Virus record (IMG/VR): IMGVR_UViG_3300031920_000146
Span: 1-57,514 of that record
Reading direction: 5' to 3' (one strand)
DNA length: 57,514 nucleotides
Source of the DNA: a virus
The stretch's first letter is position 1. Each line of letters opens with the position of its first letter. Below are positions 35,686 through 41,476 of this stretch, in pieces. A program made the translations under genes and the position numbers. The notes below the pieces were generated by a model. The model was given only the letters and a program-made list of their open reading frames with translations. It was not told the origin of the DNA and did not search any database.

Positions 35686-35917
35686 TAAATTAGCACGAAA
35701 CTCGATTGAAACACAGCGCATTACCTATATATGGTGTTGTGCGCTGTGCTTTCTCTTCTAAAAAGTGATAAGATTCAAAATTAAAACCTATTCGCTTTTT
35801 AGGGGCATTGCGCACAACGGTTTGTGTATGCATAGTGCGCTTTTGAATTACGCACAGAAGTAAAAACGAAGATAACCAGCTCCGCATACGGTGTGCGAGG
35901 GCATAAAATTAAATAAG

Positions 35918-36163
35918 ATGATAAACAATGACTTATTAAAGGAGTTCAACGCCTTACAAAACGATGTTGAAAAGTGGAAATGGGTTAAAGAACATCAGCA
36001 CACTGGCATAGTTATTATGCTGGATAATGATGATACGTTTGGTCAACTTCCCGACCAAGAAGACCCTGATGATATTCTGATATTCCAATTCGATGATTAT
36101 ATTGGATACGGAGGTGTTGAAGAGTTGTTAAAAGCTTACGGCATTAAATCAGAGGGTGTGTAG
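35918..36163 (+). CDS. Strongly acidic small protein (81 aa)
   Basis: About 18 D/E versus 6 K by hand count; DNDDTFGQLPDQEDPDD. Confidence 0.55.
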   Translation: MINNDLLKEFNALQNDVEKWKWVKEHQHTGIVIMLDNDDTFGQLPDQEDPDDILIFQFDDYIGYGGVEELLKAYGIKSEGV

Positions 36164-36231
36164 GCAAAAGCCAAATACGAGAGCCAGCGCATTATGTATG
36201 ACACTTTGTTATAGGCTTTTAAAATTACGGG

Positions 36232-36537
36232 ATGAAAAAAGAAAAATATTACTTTAAACGTAGTGACTCTGAGATTTGCAGAACAGTAGCTTATTTTGAT
36301 AGCTATATGCAGCAAAACAATTTAACAGAGATTGAAGTATTTGAAGCTGAGCCTGAAATTATAGGCGGTGGTATATTTTGGTGTAAGGAGCATTTGTTTT
36401 GCGGTGATGGAACGACAGACACCTGTGGTAAAAAGAATTGTAAAGACTACGAGCCACGAAACAAAATAAGCGGTGTATGTAAACACCACACCCATAGACT
36501 ATATACACACGGCAATAAAGTTACATTACGATTGTAG
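36232..36537 (+). CDS. Cys-rich protein (101 aa)
   Basis: ..WCKEHLFCGDGTTDTCGKKNCKDY...GVCKHH. Confidence 0.55.
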   Translation: MKKEKYYFKRSDSEICRTVAYFDSYMQQNNLTEIEVFEAEPEIIGGGIFWCKEHLFCGDGTTDTCGKKNCKDYEPRNKISGVCKHHTHRLYTHGNKVTLRL

Positions 36538-36683
36538 CAATTTTTATTGTCTATAACGTTGAATGTATGTGTAGTACAGCCTTGCACATATTTTCAACCT
36601 TAAATTAAACTTAATTGGCTGTATTACATATACATATTGTTAGCGTTTCGTTTTTGAGCGTTGGCATTTTAAAACTTAAAGCT

Positions 36684-36863
36684 ATGGCAGAATATTGCGA
36701 AGATTGCGGATGTAAAGTGTACGGTAATGGATGCACTAATTGTAATGAAGAGTTATATATACTCGACCAATACGATGAACTTGAAATGGAAAGACCAAGT
36801 GAGGACACGGATTTTATGAAGAAAGCACGTGAACAGCAAGAGTGTTTGGCAAATGAACGCTAA
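36684..36863 (+). CDS. Acidic zinc-ribbon mini-protein (59 aa)
   Basis: MAEYCEDCGCKVYGNGCTNCNEE.., then an acidic tail. Confidence 0.5.
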   Translation: MAEYCEDCGCKVYGNGCTNCNEELYILDQYDELEMERPSEDTDFMKKAREQQECLANER

Positions 36864-37027
36864 CGTTGCAGCGTATGTTGCGTTGCCAATTTAACCACGA
36901 AATTTTGATACGAGAACGTCTGTAATAATTATTTTTAGGGAGGTTCTTTTTTGTTTTAATAAATAGTTGGTAATTAGTAAATAATTACTATATTTGTAGG
37001 GTAATTATAAATTTAAACACTGAAACG

Positions 37028-37351
37028 ATGAAAACAAGAGATTACTTTACAGAAAAAACGAATGAGCTTGCACAGGAATTAAAAGCTGATATAATAGAAA
37101 GAACAAAAGAATTTATCGGTGATACATTTATGAATGATGACGAAAGCAATGCCATTGGATTCTTTAATCATATTTCCGATAGTGACGATACCGGGATGAT
37201 ATACAGCATCTATTTTGGTAAAGAGGAAATTACAATTTACCCGGGTGCAGAAGATTTATGCGAATATCATCTTTCTGATATTATGGATGTACATGATTTG
37301 CTTTTATTGCACTACATAGTTTCTTCTGATAATTTTAAAAACGAAATTTAA
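37028..37351 (+). CDS. Acidic hypothetical protein (107 aa)
   Basis: ORF in the cassette array. Confidence 0.55.
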   Translation: MKTRDYFTEKTNELAQELKADIIERTKEFIGDTFMNDDESNAIGFFNHISDSDDTGMIYSIYFGKEEITIYPGAEDLCEYHLSDIMDVHDLLLLHYIVSSDNFKNEI

Positions 37352-37521
37352 TGACAAAAGAAAAAACAAAAGCGGTTACATTATCGCTTACCAAAAGTGA
37401 AGAACAGGACTTAATTGATATTTCAAAAAAGCTCTTTGGGAAATCAAATAAAAGCGGAATGATTCGCTATTGGCTGAATCAAAATAGGCTTGAAAAGCCT
37501 ACAGCGGGATGGCAAAAATAA
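37351..37521 (+). CDS. Ribbon-helix-helix (CopG/Arc-like) protein (56 aa)
   Basis: KAVTLSLTKSEEQDLIDISKKLFGKSNKSGMIRYWL. The start overlaps the previous stop (TAATG). Confidence 0.5.
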   Translation: MTKEKTKAVTLSLTKSEEQDLIDISKKLFGKSNKSGMIRYWLNQNRLEKPTAGWQK

Positions 37522-37564
37522 TTATGGGCTTAACCCAGAAAAGTTAAATCGAAGTACTGAACCA

Positions 37565-37714
37565 GCAATGCAATATTACGCATTGTTAGCAAACGAAAGT
37601 GAACTGTTATTTGCTTTTTTTATGTGGTTTCGAGAGAATGGGGAAAAATACATGAATGAAAGTATTGAGAAAATGATTCAGACATACTTGAAAAGCAAAT
37701 TATAGTTGCTAACG
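37565..37714. repeat. Perfect 150-bp direct repeat, copy 1 (copy 2 at 39680..39829)
   Basis: Base-by-base identical on reading both copies. Confidence 0.9.
37568..37705 (+). CDS. 5'-degraded paralogue of ORF 39638..39820 (45 aa from internal ATG)
   Basis: The 3' 138 nt are identical to the other copy. The upstream homologous region (ATGGGCTTAACCCAGAAAAGTTAA) hits a stop after 7 codons. Confidence 0.35.
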   Translation: MQYYALLANESELLFAFFMWFRENGEKYMNESIEKMIQTYLKSKL

Positions 37715-37799
37715 TTCCGTGTAAGAATAGTGGCGTTATAAGGTAGAATTTTAGTTTGAAAGAATACAGTAATAAATTAATTTTTTAGGGAGGGTTTTT

Positions 37800-38708
37800 A
37801 TGTTTTCTAAGGTAAATAAAGATAATCCGGTTATTTGTTGGTTTAGCGGTGGAATCACAAGCGCACTGGCTTGCTATTTAACGATTCAGTTATTTGGTAA
37901 AGAAAATTGCCGTGTGATATTTATGGACACCTGCAATGAAGATGATGATACATATCGTTTTATGCGAGACTGTGAGAAGTGGTATGGAATGCCAATTGAA
38001 CGGATTACGCTTATAGGTAAGGATATTGTAACAAAAAAGAGAACGGTTGTTTATGATAGCATACAGGACGTTTGGCGTAAGAATTTGAGCTTGAATGTTG
38101 CTAATGGTGCAATTTGCTCAAGTATATTAAAACGAGATTTGCGAAAGTACTGGCAAAAGGAGAATGTTTATTCGTTCCAGATTTTCGGATTTGATATTGA
38201 CGAACCAAAACGAGCTAAATCGTTTACGCTAAATTACCCAGAAGCAAACCCATTTTATCCTTTACTTATGCTTGGGTACTCAAAGAAAATGTGCATTGAT
38301 GAAGTTGTTGCTGCTGGTATTGAAATACCATTAGCTTACAAGTTAGGATTGCACAACAATAATTGCCTAAAGACACTTTGTATACAAGGAGGAATTGGAT
38401 ATTGGCAGAAAGCGGAAAGGGAAATGCCTGCCAAGTTTGACACAATGGCAGATATGGAACATGAGCTAACTGACTTGAAAGGAAAGCCAGTGACAATGTT
38501 GAAAGACCAAAGCAAAAACGGAGGTTTAGTATTCTTAAAACCACACCCTGACTATCCAGACATGAAGGATATTTCTATGATGAAAGGTAGGGAACCAAAA
38601 CCGCTGACAGATTGTAATGGTTTTTGTGGAGTTAATGACTTGGAAAGGAATAGCACTGAAGATGAAATTAACTACGAACCAAATCCAAAACAACTTTTTC
38701 AAAGTTGA
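37800..38708 (+). CDS. PP-loop ATPase, PAPS-reductase-like family
   Basis: VICWFSGGITSALACYL (SGGxxS PP-loop), then VIFMDTCNEDDDTYRFMRDCEKWYG about 20 aa later, as in PF01507-type proteins. Confidence 0.6.
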   Translation: MFSKVNKDNPVICWFSGGITSALACYLTIQLFGKENCRVIFMDTCNEDDDTYRFMRDCEKWYGMPIERITLIGKDIVTKKRTVVYDSIQDVWRKNLSLNVANGAICSSILKRDLRKYWQKENVYSFQIFGFDIDEPKRAKSFTLNYPEANPFYPLLMLGYSKKMCIDEVVAAGIEIPLAYKLGLHNNNCLKTLCIQGGIGYWQKAEREMPAKFDTMADMEHELTDLKGKPVTMLKDQSKNGGLVFLKPHPDYPDMKDISMMKGREPKPLTDCNGFCGVNDLERNSTEDEINYEPNPKQLFQS

Positions 38709-38797
38709 AGCGCGAGGGCAAATTAATTTATGGGACAACGCAGACAGTAAACTATGAAAAACGGACAGCCATTATTTTTGCACTTTGTTATAAACTT

Positions 38798-38883
38798 TTG
38801 GCGCACCTTCGGGGTGTCGAGTTGCACACGGAAAAATCAGATGCGCACTGAAAGCAACATAAGAAACTTAATTCTTGCGCCAA
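38798..38883 (+). other. Inverted-repeat-bounded 86-nt noncoding insert X1 (candidate sRNA or miniature element)
   Basis: TTGGCGCA (38798..38805) pairs with TGCGCCAA (38876..38883). The interior is homologous to X2. The insert lies between a start-proximal motif and a boundary motif. Confidence 0.35.
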
Positions 38884-38946
38884 TTGTTTTATAACGGTTT
38901 GTGTATGAAAATGTAAAATTATGATTTTAACCTAAAAAAGTAACAA

Positions 38947-39156
38947 ATGGATACACTGTTTAATATACCACCGAAAGTAAGCGAACCACGTAAAGAACGC
39001 TGCAAACATTGTAAGTACTTTACGTGGTTAGAATATAATTACCCTGTAAAAAAGTTCTTTTATTGCAAGCTAAGAAAGAGTAACCGAACAGATAACGGAC
39101 TGTTGAAAATTAAGGCTAACCAAGTGGCTTGCGATGGATACGTACACAGTAAATAA
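38947..39156 (+). CDS. Cys-containing small protein (69 aa)
   Basis: ..RCKHCKYF...CKL...ACDGY. Confidence 0.5.
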   Translation: MDTLFNIPPKVSEPRKERCKHCKYFTWLEYNYPVKKFFYCKLRKSNRTDNGLLKIKANQVACDGYVHSK

Positions 39157-39201
39157 TTTTATTTTTTATACACTTTGTTATGCATTTTTAAAAATAATGG
39201 A

Positions 39202-39360
39202 ATGAAACACTTCGTAAAAGAATGCACCTGTGAGCAATGCAGGTACGTTAAAAATAAACGCAAAAACAGAAAGAACAAAAAACGTATAAAACGAATGCTT
39301 AACAAGAAACGCAGAAAGGCGAAAGATGGGGACAAACCCATTATTTTTTATTGGGCATAA
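39202..39360 (+). CDS. Very basic Cys-containing mini-protein (52 aa)
   Basis: MKHFVKECTCEQCRYVKNKRKNRKNKKRIKRMLNKKRRKAK.. Confidence 0.45.
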   Translation: MKHFVKECTCEQCRYVKNKRKNRKNKKRIKRMLNKKRRKAKDGDKPIIFYWA

Positions 39361-39438
39361 CGCCTGGCGTATGTCGCGTTGCGAAATAAACCACTAAAAT
39401 TTGATACGAGATACACAGTAATAATTAAATATTTTGAC

Positions 39439-39624
39439 ATGGATAAGATAAAATTTGTATGCGAACACTGTAACCACAGTATGGATATTGAAATAACTAA
39501 GGAAATGCCACACGGTACAGTTGCTGGATGGTGTAACTACTGCCCTAAGTGCGAAGATGAAATGGGCGACTATTACGATGAATGGTTTGTTGATGAGAAT
39601 GACAATGTACTTGAATTGTGCTAA
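39439..39624 (+). CDS. Zinc-ribbon mini-protein (61 aa)
   Basis: CEHCNH...CNYCPKCEDE. Confidence 0.5.
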   Translation: MDKIKFVCEHCNHSMDIEITKEMPHGTVAGWCNYCPKCEDEMGDYYDEWFVDENDNVLELC

Positions 39625-39637
39625 AAAATATTTAATT

Positions 39638-39820
39638 ATGGAAATTACAGACAAAAGTAAAAACGAAACTACAAACCAAGCAATGCAATATTACGCATTG
39701 TTAGCAAACGAAAGTGAACTGTTATTTGCTTTTTTTATGTGGTTTCGAGAGAATGGGGAAAAATACATGAATGAAAGTATTGAGAAAATGATTCAGACAT
39801 ACTTGAAAAGCAAATTATAG
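39638..39820 (+). CDS. Hypothetical protein (60 aa), intact paralogue of 37568..37705
   Basis: MEITDKSKNETTNQAMQYYALLANESELLFAFFMWFRENGEKYMNESIEKMIQTYLKSKL. Confidence 0.5.
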   Translation: MEITDKSKNETTNQAMQYYALLANESELLFAFFMWFRENGEKYMNESIEKMIQTYLKSKL

Positions 39821-39829
39821 TTGCTAACG
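39680..39829. repeat. Perfect 150-bp direct repeat, copy 2
   Basis: Identical to 37565..37714. Confidence 0.9.
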
Positions 39830-39964
39830 GTTATTGTATGAATAGTAGCCGATTTAAGCACATAATTAAGTAGATACAAAATAAATTAATTACATAGTAA
39901 TAGCTTTTAAAAAGACACCTTAACGGGCTATTATTTATACAAATTGTTAGGGTGCGTTTTTGAT

Positions 39965-40123
39965 ATGGAAAAAGAAATTAGAATAAATGTAGTTGCACCA
40001 GTAGAGTGTACAGACGAACAGTTCCAAGAATGGTGTGAATACTGTTTAGGATATAGAGGCGGTATAAGTGTAGACAACCCATTACACGAATACGATTTAG
40101 AAGCTACTTACGTGGATATTTAG
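39965..40123 (+). CDS. Hypothetical small protein (52 aa)
   Basis: Hand-translated MEKEIRINVVAPVECTDEQFQEWCEYCLGYRGG... Flanked by AGGGTGC / GCACCCT inverted repeats. Confidence 0.4.
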   Translation: MEKEIRINVVAPVECTDEQFQEWCEYCLGYRGGISVDNPLHEYDLEATYVDI

Positions 40124-40209
40124 TCTAATGCACCCTAACGTTGCGTGCAAGTTATCGTAACGATGCCGGAATACAAACGAATTTAATTTAAAACACAAAA
40201 ATAGAAATT

Positions 40210-40593
40210 ATGAAAATTTTGATTAGAAAAATTAGTTATGCAATTTGCATTGTGTTATTAACCTGTGCTTTTTGCCTTGCACAGGATTTAGCTATGAGCA
40301 TAAACGGTGGAGATTTAACAGTATATGCCACCAATACCACTGAACAAAAAAGCGCAGGCAGTGATACGACCATAATAAAGCTGATGATTGAATACAAAAC
40401 TGAATGCTACAATGATAGCACTTATGTAGAGTGGCTTAAAATAAACGAATCACCATCATATACAGATGCTATAACAGGAATGACATCGGCGTTGAGTATA
40501 TTTATTTCACCGACCTTGATAAAAGAGTGGCAACACAAAGAACCTACGTTTAAAGACTTTGTGCGTTGGGTGGCAAAAAAGTATGGTTTATAA
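40210..40593 (+). CDS. Secreted or lipid-anchored hypothetical protein (127 aa)
   Basis: MKILIRKISYAICIVLLTCAFCLAQ signal-like N-terminus. Confidence 0.55.
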   Translation: MKILIRKISYAICIVLLTCAFCLAQDLAMSINGGDLTVYATNTTEQKSAGSDTTIIKLMIEYKTECYNDSTYVEWLKINESPSYTDAITGMTSALSIFISPTLIKEWQHKEPTFKDFVRWVAKKYGL

Positions 40594-40626
40594 CGGTCTG
40601 TACATGAATTTTAAAAAACGGATAAA

Positions 40627-40827
40627 ATGAAACAAAGTATTAAATGTTGTGACTGCTTCGCCAAAATGAGGCATCACTTTGATTGGTTTAGTTACCAAAA
40701 TGATAGTAAGCAAAAAATTTACTGTATGCCAAATCTGAAAAGTTGTGACGGACATACAAAGTTGAGCATTAACCACTGCCCAAGTTGCGGCAAGGAAATA
40801 AGGAACATAGAACTAATTGACGAGTAG
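40627..40827 (+). CDS. Zinc-ribbon small protein (66 aa)
   Basis: CCDC...CPSCGKE. Confidence 0.5.
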   Translation: MKQSIKCCDCFAKMRHHFDWFSYQNDSKQKIYCMPNLKSCDGHTKLSINHCPSCGKEIRNIELIDE

Positions 40828-40860
40828 TTTTTTATTATTTATGTACTTTGTTATTAATTG

Positions 40861-40942
40861 GCGTGGCGCTGTGAAAATCAAAGCAGAAGAATGTAAGCAA
40901 TGAGTAAGACTTGCACCTACCGTAAAAGCCGTTCCGCCACGC
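40861..40942 (+). other. Inverted-repeat-bounded 82-nt noncoding insert X2
   Basis: GCGTGGCG (40861..40868) pairs with CGCCACGC (40935..40942). The flanking motif arrangement is the same as for X1. Confidence 0.35.
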
Positions 40943-41060
40943 TTATTTATAACGGTTTGTGTATGTTTAGTAGCGTCAAATCCCGCTCCGCTGCTGATTA
41001 AATGCACCGAACTGTCTTGTTTTAAATTTTTGGGCGGGGTTTATTCTTAAATTTTTAATC

Positions 41061-41294
41061 ATGGGTAATTTATTAAAAAAAGACGAAACTTCAACAGTAA
41101 TTATTTTGTCAAGACTTATAGAGCAAGTCGTACATTACAGAAATATTCTTTCACCAAACTCTTCCATAACCGATAAATACAGAAGGCAGTTGGTATCAGA
41201 TTTTGAAAAATTGAAAGAAGATATCAGAATGCTTTCAGAACGTTATCTGTCAATTGGTTTTGACCAATGTAATGGTCAACAATTGGACGAATAA
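41061..41294 (+). CDS. Hypothetical protein (77 aa), last rightward gene
   Basis: ORF before the convergent terminator. Confidence 0.55.
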   Translation: MGNLLKKDETSTVIILSRLIEQVVHYRNILSPNSSITDKYRRQLVSDFEKLKEDIRMLSERYLSIGFDQCNGQQLDE

Positions 41295-41429
41295 TGTGAG
41301 CAATAGACTCGTCACAAGAAGGACTGTCGCTCAATAAAGTCGTATCTAGACAATATGTTATTTTATCTAAAACCTTTATGTACGACTCTAAACGAATAAA
41401 AGATGCTCCTGATTGGTTGTATGACTAAT

Positions 41430-41461
41430 AAAAAAGCCGGAACAATCGGCCCGGCTTTTTA
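41430..41461. terminator. Bidirectional rho-independent terminator at the convergence of early and late arms
   Basis: AAAAAA-GCCGG-aacaatcggc-CCGGC-TTTTT: a hairpin flanked by an A-run and a T-run. Confidence 0.7.
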
Positions 41462-41476
41462 ATATATTTTTGAATC

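Noticed and set aside
35690-35887. Minus-strand 65-aa ORF between the rSAM unit and ORF 35918.
   Set aside because: It is antisense to the unidirectional early arm, overlaps conserved intergenic repeat blocks and hairpins, and has no plausible start context.
31320-41060. Interpreting the recurring intergenic motifs as a CRISPR array or an integron attC series.
   Set aside because: The repeats are degenerate and irregularly spaced (90-900 nt), and the intervening segments are protein-coding genes, so this is not a CRISPR array. The motifs do not match the RYYYAAC/GTTRRRY attC cores, and no integron integrase is present.
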